From Verrucomicrobiota bacterium (GTDB lineage: Bacteria; Verrucomicrobiota; Verrucomicrobiia; Chthoniobacterales; UBA10450), in assembly GCA_003219175.1 (NCBI GenBank), contig QHPU01000057.1:2474-66473 (forward strand): DNA of 64,000 nucleotides. The letters are read 5' to 3'. How positions within the stretch are numbered: position 1 is the stretch's first letter; each line of letters opens with the position of its first letter. The notes under the pieces were generated by a model. The model worked only from the letters and a program-made list of their open reading frames with translations, did no database searches and had not been told where the DNA came from. Both the position numbers and the translations under genes were made by a program. This document shows positions 44,290-53,759 of the stretch, piece by piece.

Positions 44290-45261
44290 TCATTGCACCA
44301 CAAAATGGGGTGAGTGCGCCAGTTCGGACCTCAACGCGGCCACGGCACTGCGCCGTTTCTCTGCGGCCAGGAGTGCTCTAATCTCGGGGGTGGCTTCTGT
44401 AACCGTCACCAGGCGAGCTGGATGGACATCGGTAACTTGGAGCGCGTGAAAGCCCAGATGCGAGTGCAGAAAACGCGGAGAGCCATTGGGCGGCAACTCC
44501 GCAGCGGCATCAAAAAATTCCGCGGGGACACGGTCAGCCGCGAAAAAGCCGAGGTCGCCACCGTCCTTTTTGCTCGCTTCATCTTCCGATACCGTCGCCG
44601 CAAGTTCGGCAAAATCCTCGCCCTGGCCCAAGCGTGCAGCAATATCCAGCATCTGGCGGTCTTTTGCTTCCGTGATCTCCGCGGTCGACCCCTCCGGCGC
44701 TGCCAGAAAAATGTGACGGACACGAATTCGCTGCGGTTGAGTGAACTGCGCTTCGTGCTCTTGAAAATATTGCTGCACTTCCGCGTCAGACACGGCCAAC
44801 CGCGCACCGATTTGCTTTTCAATCCATCGTTCGCCGCCAATCGTCTCCGCCGCTAACCGCCCGAGTTGCGATTGAGAAACACCACTGCGTCGCAAGGCCG
44901 CTCGAAACTGGCTTTCGTCGGCAAATTGATGTTCTAAGCCGGCGACTTCATCAGCCACATCGGAGTCATCCAATTTCCCGGCAACCATGTGCAATGCCTG
45001 CGTCGCAATTACCTCGTCGAGTAGGGCAATTTTCTCGGCTGGATCGAGAGGTTCGTCGGTCATTCCAGAACAGTATTGTTGCTGCCGCGCCCCCTCCTGA
45101 ACGTCGGTCTCGAAAATTCCGCGTTGCCCGACTAACGCAAGCAGTTCGCCGCGTTGAAGAATTCGACCCACCAACCGATGAACGGCTGGGTCGCGAACAA
45201 TCCAACTGCCCGCCACAATTCCGATAACGAGCGCGACCAACGCAAGAACGGCATTTTTCAT
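44290..45261 (-). CDS. membrane-anchored parvulin-type peptidyl-prolyl isomerase (SurA/PpiD-like)
   Basis: N-terminal TM AVLALVALVIGIVAG, VRHIFL and GGDLGFF. Confidence 0.7.
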   Translation of the reverse strand: MKNAVLALVALVIGIVAGSWIVRDPAVHRLVGRILQRGELLALVGQRGIFETDVQEGARQQQYCSGMTDEPLDPAEKIALLDEVIATQALHMVAGKLDDSDVADEVAGLEHQFADESQFRAALRRSGVSQSQLGRLAAETIGGERWIEKQIGARLAVSDAEVQQYFQEHEAQFTQPQRIRVRHIFLAAPEGSTAEITEAKDRQMLDIAARLGQGEDFAELAATVSEDEASKKDGGDLGFFAADRVPAEFFDAAAELPPNGSPRFLHSHLGFHALQVTDVHPARLVTVTEATPEIRALLAAEKRRSAVAALRSELAHSPHFVVQ

Positions 45262-46133
45262 TTCAGTTCAAATTGTACTAGATCGTAGAGGGCAACCCGT
45301 CCCACGATTTCCAAACTTTCGGCGCTAATTTTATCCAGCGTGTCCTCCGCGGTATGCCATGGCGGAAAATCGAAATCGATCAAATCGATCACTGGAATCC
45401 CGATCTCGTTAAGCGGTGTATGATCGTCAGTGATACCACCGCCAAAGTAGGTAAAATGCGCGCGTTGCCTCAGAGCATCGGCAGCAGCAAAGATGTTACG
45501 AGCTAAATCGATCGGAGAGTCTGGCGACAGCGTCACCCGGAGCGATTTATCCCCAATCATATCAAACAGGATACCGCCCCGAAAACTCTTCGCTAACTCG
45601 CCCAACTCTGACGCGAAATGACGGCTGCCATAGAGGCCATCGGTGGCAGTAAAATTTTCGAATGCTTCCTCGCCGTCGAAAAAGACGAGCTCAACCTTTG
45701 CCGCTAAGACGGGATTTATGGCCAGGACCCGCGCCATCTCGATAAGCAAGCCGGTACTGGAACCGCCATCATTCGCGCCGACAAAACGAATCGTGTCGAA
45801 TGTTTTGGTGTCGTAATGCGAACAAAGAAGGAACTGCGCCGGTCCTTTTTGGTTCCCGAAACGCGCGACTAGGTTTACGAACGTCATCATTCCTCGTGGT
45901 GTCGGCGCTGAAAATTCCGATCGGGTTGTCGTCCAACCGAAAGACTTCAACTGGTCTATGATATAAAACCGTGATTTTGCCAACGCCTCTGAGCCGGCTG
46001 GCCGCGGGCCGAGTTCAACCAAATGCTGAACATGGGCAAGCGCCTTTTCGCCGGAAAAATTTTCCCACAGCGGCGCCGGCCGAAAACTACAAGCGGATAC
46101 GATTCCCATTACCGTGAGACAGAGCGCGCGCAT
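45258..46133 (-). CDS. M28-family peptidase / glutaminyl cyclase-like lipoprotein
   Basis: LCSHYDTK, GANDGGSSTGLLIEMARV, VFFDGEE and WHTAEDTLD. Lipobox-like VMGIVSAC. Its TGA overlaps the downstream ATG. Confidence 0.75.
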   Translation of the reverse strand: MRALCLTVMGIVSACSFRPAPLWENFSGEKALAHVQHLVELGPRPAGSEALAKSRFYIIDQLKSFGWTTTRSEFSAPTPRGMMTFVNLVARFGNQKGPAQFLLCSHYDTKTFDTIRFVGANDGGSSTGLLIEMARVLAINPVLAAKVELVFFDGEEAFENFTATDGLYGSRHFASELGELAKSFRGGILFDMIGDKSLRVTLSPDSPIDLARNIFAAADALRQRAHFTYFGGGITDDHTPLNEIGIPVIDLIDFDFPPWHTAEDTLDKISAESLEIVGRVALYDLVQFELK

Positions 46134-46340
46134 GGGAAAACCGTCCATGCGCGGGCTCAGCACGTTGTTGAAAAACTGCCCTCACTGCCGGCCTCGGCCG
46201 GACTGACGGATGCGCGTGCGTCTCTCGCCATGGGAGAGAATGGAGAATGGGATTCATCCTCTGCTTTGCTATCGGCAGATATCAAAACGGTTCCTTCTCC
46301 CACGGGAAGAAGGTTAGGATGAGGATATTTCAATAATCTG

Positions 46341-47234
46341 TTAGGTTTCTGGCGGAAGTCCCATTACCTGCACGATGCGCTGCAAGTCATCTGCGCCGTA
46401 GTATTCGATTTCGATTCGGCCCTGTTTTTCGCCGTGATGCAAAATCACGCGGGTGCCCAGATATTCCTGCAGCCGCGATTGCAAATGCTCCACCGCGCTG
46501 GCATTGACCGAAACTGATGAGGCGCGGCGACGACGCGGCTTCGCGGACCCAAGCTGGCGCGCGACCAGTCGCTCCGTTGCGCGGACCGTGGCGCTGCGTC
46601 GCAAGACTGTTTCTGCTACCGCCAACTGTTCCTCCGACGATTTCAGAGCGAGCAAAACCTTGGCGTGCCCGACGGAGATCAAATTTTGCGTCACCCATGT
46701 CTGCACCTGCTCATGCAGGTCGAGCAATCGCATTGCGTTGGCCACTGCGGCCCGACTTCGGCCGACCTTTTGCGCGATCTCTTCCTGGCGCATTCCAAAT
46801 TCGCCGGCAAGCCGCGTGTAACCCTGCGCTTCTTCGATCGGATTGAGATCGGCGCGCTGCAAATTTTCGATCAATGAAAGTTCCAGCACATCGCGATCGT
46901 CTGCCGTTCGAATAATGACCGGCACTTCCACCAATCCCGCGGCCAGCGCCGCTCGCCAGCGCCGCTCACCAGCAATTAATTCGTGGCGCCCGTCGACCTT
47001 GCGCACAATCAGGGGCTGGATGATGCCGTGTTGCCGGATAGATTCGACCAACTCCGAGAGCGCATCTGTGCCGAACTCCTTCCGCGGCTGCAATGGACTT
47101 GGCGTAATGCTGTCTAAACCGATTTGCCAAATTTTTTCGGAATGATCGTCCGGCTTCTCTGGCGCGACGCGCGCCGGTGCCGGCTGCGCGGCGATGAGTG
47201 CGCTGAGACCTTTGCCAAGCGCCATCTTTGCCAT
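46341..47234 (-). CDS. parB: chromosome partitioning protein ParB/Spo0J
   Basis: LGKGLSALI, LQPRKEF, SIRQHGIIQPLIVRK and ELIAGERRWRAA. No parA is adjacent and no parS was recognised in the window. Confidence 0.85.
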   Translation of the reverse strand: MAKMALGKGLSALIAAQPAPARVAPEKPDDHSEKIWQIGLDSITPSPLQPRKEFGTDALSELVESIRQHGIIQPLIVRKVDGRHELIAGERRWRAALAAGLVEVPVIIRTADDRDVLELSLIENLQRADLNPIEEAQGYTRLAGEFGMRQEEIAQKVGRSRAAVANAMRLLDLHEQVQTWVTQNLISVGHAKVLLALKSSEEQLAVAETVLRRSATVRATERLVARQLGSAKPRRRRASSVSVNASAVEHLQSRLQEYLGTRVILHHGEKQGRIEIEYYGADDLQRIVQVMGLPPET

Positions 47235-47311
47235 CGGGCTGAGATTATCGGAACCAACTCCCCAACGCAAACAGCTCGTTGCAGCATTTTGCAGCATGAA
47301 TAGCATCGTTC

Positions 47312-48244
47312 ATGGCCGCAACGGTCACCGAGAGCTTCACGCTCGGGCATTCACCCGACCCCGACGACGCATTCATGTTTTACGCGATGGCCGCGAACAA
47401 AATCGATTTGCGCGGCTATCGTTTCAAACACCAGCTGGAAGACATTCAAACGTTGAACGAACGCGCCATGCGAGGCGAGCTGCATATTTCCGCGGTCTCG
47501 ATTCATGCCTACGCCTACGTCTCGGACAAGTATTTGCTGCTGCCTTGCGGTGCGAGCATGGGAGATGGCTATGGGCCACTGGTGATAGAGAAAAATTCGA
47601 CATCCAACGCCCAACGCTCAACGCCCAACGCCCTACTGAATGCCGAACATCGAAAGCCGAACACCGAACGCCGAACATCGAATGAAGAGATCCGCGAGCG
47701 ACTGCGAAGTGGCGTGATTGCGGTGCCAGGTACGATGACGAGCGCGTTTCTGGCTCTGAAACTTTATCTCGGTGAATTCAATTACATCGTCGTACCGTTC
47801 GACCAAATCTTTGAGGCGGTGCGGAGCGGACATGCTGACACAGGCTTGATCATTCACGAAGGCCAGCTCACTTACGCCCATTCGGGTTTCGCAAAATTAA
47901 TCGATCTCGGGGAATGGTGGAAGCATCGCGCGGGGTTGCCGTTGCCGCTGGGCGGTAATGTTCTGAGGAGGGATATTCCAGTAGAAATCCAGGGCGAGCT
48001 CAGTGCGATTTTGCGCGAGAGCATCGAATTCGGATTGGCTCATCGAGCCGAGGCGGTGCAGCACTCGATGCCGTACGCGCGAAACATGGATAGCGATCTC
48101 ACGTCCAAATTTATCGGGATGTACGTGAACGAATTCACCCGCGATTATGGAGAAGTCGGCCGCAAAGCCATCCGGCGCTTTCTTGGGGAAGCGCGCGAAC
48201 GCGGTTACGTCGATCGTGAAGTCTCGATCGACTTCGTAAGGTAA
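47312..48244 (+). CDS. MqnA/MqnD/periplasmic-binding-fold family protein (futalosine-pathway-like)
   Basis: FTLGHSPDPDDAFMFYAM and ISAVSIHAYA. It contains a 27-aa low-complexity insertion (see the repeat at 47603-47683). Confidence 0.55.
   Translation: MAATVTESFTLGHSPDPDDAFMFYAMAANKIDLRGYRFKHQLEDIQTLNERAMRGELHISAVSIHAYAYVSDKYLLLPCGASMGDGYGPLVIEKNSTSNAQRSTPNALLNAEHRKPNTERRTSNEEIRERLRSGVIAVPGTMTSAFLALKLYLGEFNYIVVPFDQIFEAVRSGHADTGLIIHEGQLTYAHSGFAKLIDLGEWWKHRAGLPLPLGGNVLRRDIPVEIQGELSAILRESIEFGLAHRAEAVQHSMPYARNMDSDLTSKFIGMYVNEFTRDYGEVGRKAIRRFLGEARERGYVDREVSIDFVR
47603..47683. repeat. 81-nt block of heptamer repeats inserted in frame in the MqnA/D-family gene
   Basis: tCCAACG CCCAACG CTCAACG CCCAACG ccctactgaat GCCGAACA tcgaaa GCCGAACA CCGAAC GCCGAACA tcgaat. 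Translated as SNAQRSTPNALLNAEHRKPNTERRTSN. Confidence 0.75.
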
Positions 48245-48258
48245 ATCTCGTCCGCCGT

Positions 48259-48453
48259 TTATTTTTTCTTGGCGCCTGGAGAGGGCGAAGCTTTTGGTTT
48301 GCTCACCATGTCCACGCAGAACTTCTTCACCCGCTCGGCCTCCTGCTTAAAGCCGTTGGTAAAATCATGTGTGCCGTACTCAAAGAGCACGACAAACGAG
48401 AAAGTGAAGAAAATGAATAGGACGAGCCAGAACAGCCCGCGAATCAGAGACAT
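48259..48453 (-). CDS. small membrane protein (64 aa), Lys-rich C-terminus
   Basis: MSLIRGLFWLVLFIFFTFSFVVLFEY..KPKASPSPGAKKK. Start chosen at the internal Met of ORF 48259..48609. Confidence 0.4.
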   Translation of the reverse strand: MSLIRGLFWLVLFIFFTFSFVVLFEYGTHDFTNGFKQEAERVKKFCVDMVSKPKASPSPGAKKK

Positions 48454-48607
48454 CGCGCCGACCTTAAAGCAGTGATGGCGCGAGGTCAACGCCGGTATCG
48501 GGCGAAAACACATTGAAGACCGGCGCTGGCGCGACCAGCCAATCTCGATTGGTCCTTCGGACCGTTCCCGGTTGAACCCTAAGGGGAAGCTGCGATTCTG
48601 CCTCTCC

Positions 48608-49789
48608 ATGCGGGTGCCACTGCTCGATCTTAGCGCGCAATATCAAGCGTTGGCCGGACCAATTCGCCAGCAGATCGATGAGGTTTTACAGACGCAACGA
48701 TTCATCCTCGGGCCCAAGGTTGAGCAGTTCGAGAGCGCGCTATGCGATTATACCGGTACGAAATTTGCCATCGGCGTTTCCTCGGGCACAGACGCCCTGC
48801 TCGCGGTCCTGATGGCCTTGGAGATTGGCCCGGGGGACGCCATCCTCACCACGCCGTATTCTTTTTTTGCGACCGCCGCTTGCATCGCCCGTGTCGGCGC
48901 AACTCCGCTCTTTGTCGATATGGATCCCGCGACCTTTAATATTTCAGCGGCAGCACTCCGGTCTTTCATCGAGAAAAATTGCCGACAAACCGACGGCGTG
49001 TTGATGACCCGGGAGCGACAGGCCGTTCGCCTGATCATCCCAGTGCACCTTTTTGGATTGTGCTGCGACATGGACGCGATCATGGAAATAGCGCGCGAAT
49101 TTGACTTGCTCGTGGTGGAGGACGCAGCCCAGGCAATTGGCGCCGGATATCCGCAGACCGATGCGACTGGATTGGCTGGCACAATCGGTGACGTCGGTTG
49201 CTTCAGCTTCTATCCTTCCAAGAATCTCGGTGCCGCCGGGGACGCAGGCGCAATTATTTGTGACAACGAAAATCTGGCAACGCGCATCCGGACGTGTCGC
49301 CAACATGGAATGGAACCGCGATATCACCATCAATTTATCGGCGGAAATTTCCGGCTCGATGAACTACAAGCGGCGATTTTGCAGGTCAAACTTCCGCACC
49401 TCTCGAACTGGTCGGGCGCCCGCCGGGCTGCGGCCGATTTTTACCGCGCGGAATTTTCGCGGCGCAACCTTGGCGATTCAATCATTCTACCATCCGAACC
49501 CTATCGGGAACGAATCGGCAATCATCATATCTATCATCAATTCGTTGTTCGAGCGGAGGCGCGAGACGAATTGAGAGCGCATCTGACCCGCAATGAAATT
49601 GGAACCGAGATTTATTATCCGGTCCCGCTTCATTTGCAGGAATGCTTTTTTTATTTGGGATACAAAGAAGGTGATCTCCCAGAGGCGGAACGCGCAGCAG
49701 CGGAAACGCTGGCTCTGCCGATTTATCCGGAGCTAAGTCGAGACGCGCAACGTTTCGTAGTCGATAAAATCGCCGAATTTTACGGGTAG
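48608..49789 (+). CDS. DegT/DnrJ/EryC1/StrS-family PLP aminotransferase
   Basis: VPLLDLSAQYQAL..I..V, FILGPKVEQFE and FSFYPSKNLGA (PLP Lys). Confidence 0.85.
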   Translation: MRVPLLDLSAQYQALAGPIRQQIDEVLQTQRFILGPKVEQFESALCDYTGTKFAIGVSSGTDALLAVLMALEIGPGDAILTTPYSFFATAACIARVGATPLFVDMDPATFNISAAALRSFIEKNCRQTDGVLMTRERQAVRLIIPVHLFGLCCDMDAIMEIAREFDLLVVEDAAQAIGAGYPQTDATGLAGTIGDVGCFSFYPSKNLGAAGDAGAIICDNENLATRIRTCRQHGMEPRYHHQFIGGNFRLDELQAAILQVKLPHLSNWSGARRAAADFYRAEFSRRNLGDSIILPSEPYRERIGNHHIYHQFVVRAEARDELRAHLTRNEIGTEIYYPVPLHLQECFFYLGYKEGDLPEAERAAAETLALPIYPELSRDAQRFVVDKIAEFYG

Positions 49790-49888
49790 AGTATGTGGTT
49801 GTGTCATCTCGAATCGCGCAGACGACGAGGGAGCACACATTCGCATGGAAGATCACTGAATCTCTTTTGTGTGATCAACGCAGCTTAG

Positions 49889-49918
49889 GTGAGATCCCTG
49901 GCTTGCGCTCGGGATGAC
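49889..49918. repeat. solo terminal repeat of the 39972-40079 element family
   Basis: The sequence gtgagatccctggcttgcgctcgggatgac is the reverse complement of gtcatcccgagcgcaagccagggatctcac. That is nearly identical to the left terminus at 39972. Confidence 0.6.
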
Positions 49919-49986
49919 AAATTGCTCGAACGCAAGTGACCACTTGCAGCCGATTCAGCGCCATCCTATATGGATTGCTCGCAAAC

Positions 49987-50070
49987 GGGTAGGTACCGAA
50001 GTGGCCAAACGGGGCAGACTGTAAATCTGCTGGCTTTACGCCTTCGCTGGTTCGAATCCAGCCCTGCCCA
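49987..50070 (+). tRNA. tRNA-Tyr (anticodon GTA), long variable arm
   Basis: Acceptor gggtagg/cctgccc (one G-U), anticodon stem gcaga/tctgc with loop ctGTAaa, variable arm tggctttacgccttc, T arm gctgg-ttcgaat-ccagc. Confidence 0.9.
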
Positions 50071-50111
50071 GATTCTTGCGGACCCAGAAGCGCGTTCGTT
50101 CGAGTTCTCTC

Positions 50112-50636
50112 TTAATGGCGCTTTTTCGCGGCGCGACGCGCACGCGATTTCGCCCCACCGCGCTTCGCTCTCCGCGATGCCGTGCGGCGGCCTCTGGCTT
50201 TGCCACGGCGACGCGATTTGGTCGATCGCATCCGACGAGCGCTGCTCGTTTTGCGTGCTTTGCTTTTGCCGGCCTTCCTAGCCGCTGAGCGCCGCGCGGG
50301 TTTGGACTTTTTCTTAGATGCCGCCGGTCTTCTGCGCCGAGGCGCCGCACGCGGCCGCCTTGCTTTGGCACGCGCAGGTCGGGGCAAACCAATCGCTTTC
50401 CTCGCGGTCGCGGCAATCGGTTTCCCAGTGGCCGCTGATTTGCCTGCAATGGCCCCAATTACCCCGCCGACCACAGCGCCGACAGGACCGGCTACGCTGC
50501 CAAGGACCGCGCCCGCAGCCGCACCGGCAGCAGGCTTGGAAATTGGCGGGACAGTGATGTTCTCGTTCGATTGTGATTGTTCACTCGATGCTGAATTTTC
50601 AGTGGTTTCCTCCGCCATAAGCTCTCCTGGGTTCAA
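50112..50636 (-). CDS. glycine-zipper protein with a ~100-aa poly-basic (histone H1-like) tail
   Basis: GAAAGAVLGSVAGPVGAVVGGVIGAIAG, followed by ARRPRAAPRRRRPAASKKKSKPARRSAARKAGKSKARK...RRAAKKRH. Confidence 0.6.
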   Translation of the reverse strand: MNPGELMAEETTENSASSEQSQSNENITVPPISKPAAGAAAGAVLGSVAGPVGAVVGGVIGAIAGKSAATGKPIAATARKAIGLPRPARAKARRPRAAPRRRRPAASKKKSKPARRSAARKAGKSKARKTSSARRMRSTKSRRRGKARGRRTASRRAKRGGAKSRARRAAKKRH

Positions 50637-50687
50637 TGCTTAATCGTATCATCGGCACATTACAGCCGCTTCCCGAAAACGAATTAA

Positions 50688-50722
50688 TAAAAAGCGCCCA
50701 GCTGTGGAAGCGGGCGCTTTTG
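50688..50722. terminator. bidirectional rho-independent terminator
   Basis: aaaaAGCGCCCagctgtggaagcGGGCGCTtttg: a GC stem flanked by an A-run and a T-run, lying between two minus-strand genes. Confidence 0.7.
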
Positions 50723-50747
50723 CTACAAAAATACTGGATTGGGCATT

Positions 50748-51125
50748 TTAGCGCGATCCGCGATCGCCGCGACCGTAGCCGCCGCCACCGCCACCGCCAC
50801 CGCCGCGACCATATCCGCCGCCGCCGCCGCGGCCGCCGTAGCCGCCCCCACCGCCGCCGCCGCCCGGAGGCCGTGCTTCACGTGGACGCGCTTCGTTCAC
50901 CGTAAGAGCGCGACCTTCCACGGTTTTGCCATTAAACTGGGTAATGGCATTTTGTGCTTCCTGGTCTGTCGCCATGGTCACAAAAGCGAAGCCGCGAGAC
51001 TTGCCTGTGAATTTATCCTGCATAAGCATGACATCCTGCACAGCACCAGCCTGCGCGAAGAGATCCTGAAGGTCGGTTTCCGTCGTATTGAACGAAAGAT
51101 TCCCAACGTATAACTTGGTACCCAT
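50748..51125 (-). CDS. RRM-type RNA-binding protein with Gly/Arg/Tyr-rich tail
   Basis: KLYVGNLSF (RNP2), KSRGFAFVTM (RNP1), and a C-terminal GGGGGGGYGGRGGGGGYGRGGGG tail. Confidence 0.85.
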   Translation of the reverse strand: MGTKLYVGNLSFNTTETDLQDLFAQAGAVQDVMLMQDKFTGKSRGFAFVTMATDQEAQNAITQFNGKTVEGRALTVNEARPREARPPGGGGGGGGYGGRGGGGGYGRGGGGGGGGGYGRGDRGSR

Positions 51126-51312
51126 TTGAGTTTATTCTGGAAAACGCGGCCAGGTCACTGTTCCCGGTTATCGGATTTCAAACTGCCACTGAATAAACTC
51201 AACTGACAATTCACCAACTGCCCCGAGCGCTGTTTTCTTAATCGCCTTAGTAGGAGCTTTTCCGCTTAAACGCAACAACAAAGAAAGAAGTTTCGCTGTT
51301 CTAAATACCATA

Positions 51313-52512
51313 ATGAATTCTGCAAAACAAGACCCGCATCGCGTCGCCGTCGTTGCTGCCGGTATCGTTAGCCCACTCGGATTCGGATTAACCGAAACGC
51401 TTCAGTCGTTGCGGCAGGCGCGCGATTGCGTCACGCCGGTGACTGTGTTTCCGGTCGACAAAACACGATGCAAAACCGCCGGTCAGATTGATGACGAGCA
51501 GCTATTGACCAAAGCCCAGCGCTGCCGGCGCGCCCGCCGCTTGCATCGGGCCTCTCACATGGTCATTACTGCATTGGCCGAACTTCTCGAAGACGCACCG
51601 GGCTTCCCGCCGGAAATTGTAATCGTCGGGACCACCAGCGGTGGCATGAGTTTCGGTGAGAATTTTTATCGCACATTAGGAAATGGCAACGGTTGCTCGG
51701 CGGCCTTGATTGCGAATTATCCGCCGCAAAAACAGATCGTCGATGCCATGGAAAAATTTGGCATGAACGTTCCTGCTGAAGTCATTGCCAATGCCTGCGC
51801 GTCCGGCACGAACGCAATTGGCCACGCCTTCAATGCGATTCGGGCTGGCCGTTATCAACGCATCCTGGCTGGGGGCTACGATGCCCTGTCCGAACTCGTA
51901 TTCGTTGGGTTCGATTCACTGCAAGCGGCAACGCCGGAAAAATGTAGACCCTTCGATTCCAATCGATCGGGCATGGTGCTGGGCGAAGGCGCAGCTTTGT
52001 TCGCGCTGGAGGAACTCGAATCCGCCCGCAGCCGCGGCGCGGAAATCCTTGGCGAAATAATTGGCTACGGAATTTCCACCGACAATCATCATCTGACGCA
52101 GCCGAATCCGGACGGAAGTGGTCCGCGTCGCGCGATGGAGCAGGCGCTGGCGCAGGCGAAACTGACGCCCGACCAGGTCGGCTACATTAATGCACACGGC
52201 ACTGCCACCATTCTCAATGACTCCGCCGAGGGGAAAGCGATCATGGAATTATTTGGTGACGTGCCGGTGAGCTCGACCAAAAGCATGATGGGCCATTCCC
52301 TCGGCGCGGCCGGTGCGATTGAAGCCGCGGTGACTCTGCTCGCACTGCAATATCAATTCCTGCCGCCGAACATTAATTTTCGCGAATCCGATTTATCGCT
52401 CAATGTCGTGGCGAACGAAGCGCATGAGGCGCAATTTAATTGTGCGGTTTCCAATTCATTCGGCTTCGGCGGGACAAACGCGACGATTGTTTTTCGAAAA
52501 TTCGCGCGATGA
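51313..52512 (+). CDS. beta-ketoacyl-ACP synthase (FabF/KAS II-like), catalytic triad intact
   Basis: NACASGTNAIG (Cys), INAHGTAT (His) and SMMGHSLGAAG (His). Confidence 0.8.
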   Translation: MNSAKQDPHRVAVVAAGIVSPLGFGLTETLQSLRQARDCVTPVTVFPVDKTRCKTAGQIDDEQLLTKAQRCRRARRLHRASHMVITALAELLEDAPGFPPEIVIVGTTSGGMSFGENFYRTLGNGNGCSAALIANYPPQKQIVDAMEKFGMNVPAEVIANACASGTNAIGHAFNAIRAGRYQRILAGGYDALSELVFVGFDSLQAATPEKCRPFDSNRSGMVLGEGAALFALEELESARSRGAEILGEIIGYGISTDNHHLTQPNPDGSGPRRAMEQALAQAKLTPDQVGYINAHGTATILNDSAEGKAIMELFGDVPVSSTKSMMGHSLGAAGAIEAAVTLLALQYQFLPPNINFRESDLSLNVVANEAHEAQFNCAVSNSFGFGGTNATIVFRKFAR

Positions 52513-53594
52513 GTTTGAGCATCGCTGGAATGAGCTGGGTGACGCCACTCGGCAGTGACGTCGATGATGTTTGGCAACGATTACTCGCAGGCGAAACCGC
52601 GCCCGTCGAAATCCTTGAGAACGAAGAAAACGGCGCGCGGTATTTGGTTCGTCGAGTTCCGGCCAACACACCATTCCCGGCGCATTCGCGTTTGCGCCGG
52701 GCGAGTGCGATTTCACGATTTGCCGCCGCAGCCGGATTGGCTGCTTTGGCTGAGGTGAAGCTCCCACCATCTCTCGACCGTATCGCATTGGTTTTTGCCG
52801 TTTCCAATGGCGGCGTCGTTTACACGCGCCGCTTTTATTCCGAGATCGTGAAGTCCGGAGCGCAATCGGCCAGTCCTTTGCTATTTCCCGAGACTGTCTT
52901 CAACGCGCCGGCCAGTCATCTTGCCGCAATCCTGGGGATCAACGGCGCTTCTTACACCGTTGTCGGGGACGGCGCTGTCGGCATTCTTGCTCTAAAGCTG
53001 GCGGAAGACCTTCTCGCATCCGATGATCTGGATTTCTGTCTCGTGGTCAGCGCGGAGGAAATTGATCCCCTCGTTTGCGAAGCGTATCGGCAATGGCGTT
53101 TCCTGCGGAATCCAAGTAAACCAACCGGTCATGGCATGATTATGAGCGAAGGCGCCGGCGCAGTCTTACTGGAACGACCCGATGAAAGCATTCCATCTGC
53201 AGCGGCGCATGCGTCAGCCGCAAGGATCGAACAGATCGTTCCCGGCAGAAACTTCTTTCGTCGTTCCGAAGCTGCGGCCGAGCTTGGGGCCGTGGTCGCC
53301 CGTCTCGAGAATGGAATCGGATTCGGCGTTGGCAGTGCAAATGGCACATTTATTGGTCGAGCCGAACGCGCTGCAGTCGGCAACAAACTGCCGCTTTATT
53401 CACCAAAGATCGCGCTGGGTGAAAGTGTGGGGGCATCGGTCCTTTGGCAACTGATAGCAGCGGCACAAGCGTTAAAGACCGGAACCTTGCCAGGAGGGTT
53501 GGAGTTGCCGGCCAATTCGCCGGCCCTCGTTTTGGCCTGTGGCCTCAATCAACAGACGGGCGGGTTGACTCTGCGCCTTCGCCAACGCGAGTGA
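52509..53594 (+). CDS. ketosynthase-like protein lacking the Cys-His-His triad (chain-length-factor-like partner)
   Basis: It has a thiolase/KS-like layout. The Cys position reads TVVGDGAVG (Asp), His1 reads GSANGT (Asn) and His2 reads LGESVGAS (Glu). Its ATG overlaps the upstream TGA (ATGA). Confidence 0.65.
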   Translation: MSLSIAGMSWVTPLGSDVDDVWQRLLAGETAPVEILENEENGARYLVRRVPANTPFPAHSRLRRASAISRFAAAAGLAALAEVKLPPSLDRIALVFAVSNGGVVYTRRFYSEIVKSGAQSASPLLFPETVFNAPASHLAAILGINGASYTVVGDGAVGILALKLAEDLLASDDLDFCLVVSAEEIDPLVCEAYRQWRFLRNPSKPTGHGMIMSEGAGAVLLERPDESIPSAAAHASAARIEQIVPGRNFFRRSEAAAELGAVVARLENGIGFGVGSANGTFIGRAERAAVGNKLPLYSPKIALGESVGASVLWQLIAAAQALKTGTLPGGLELPANSPALVLACGLNQQTGGLTLRLRQRE

Positions 53595-53759
53595 CGAGGG
53601 ACAAAGCGATTCACGCGGAGGGACACGCTTCCGCGCATCCTGGACTCGGCGCCGCGAGTCCCTCGAGGACAGAGCGCCGTCGGGGCTGCAACGTTAGGGC
53701 AAATGACGGTCTTTTCGCCTTTGCAACACTTTCCCTCTGCGGTACCTTCGCCACGCGCC

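Noticed and set aside
50748-50880. Highly repetitive (GCCGCC)n DNA, considered as a simple-sequence or contingency locus
   Set aside because: It is the coding sequence of the Gly/Arg/Tyr-rich tail of the RRM protein. That is a normal feature of glycine-rich RNA-binding proteins.
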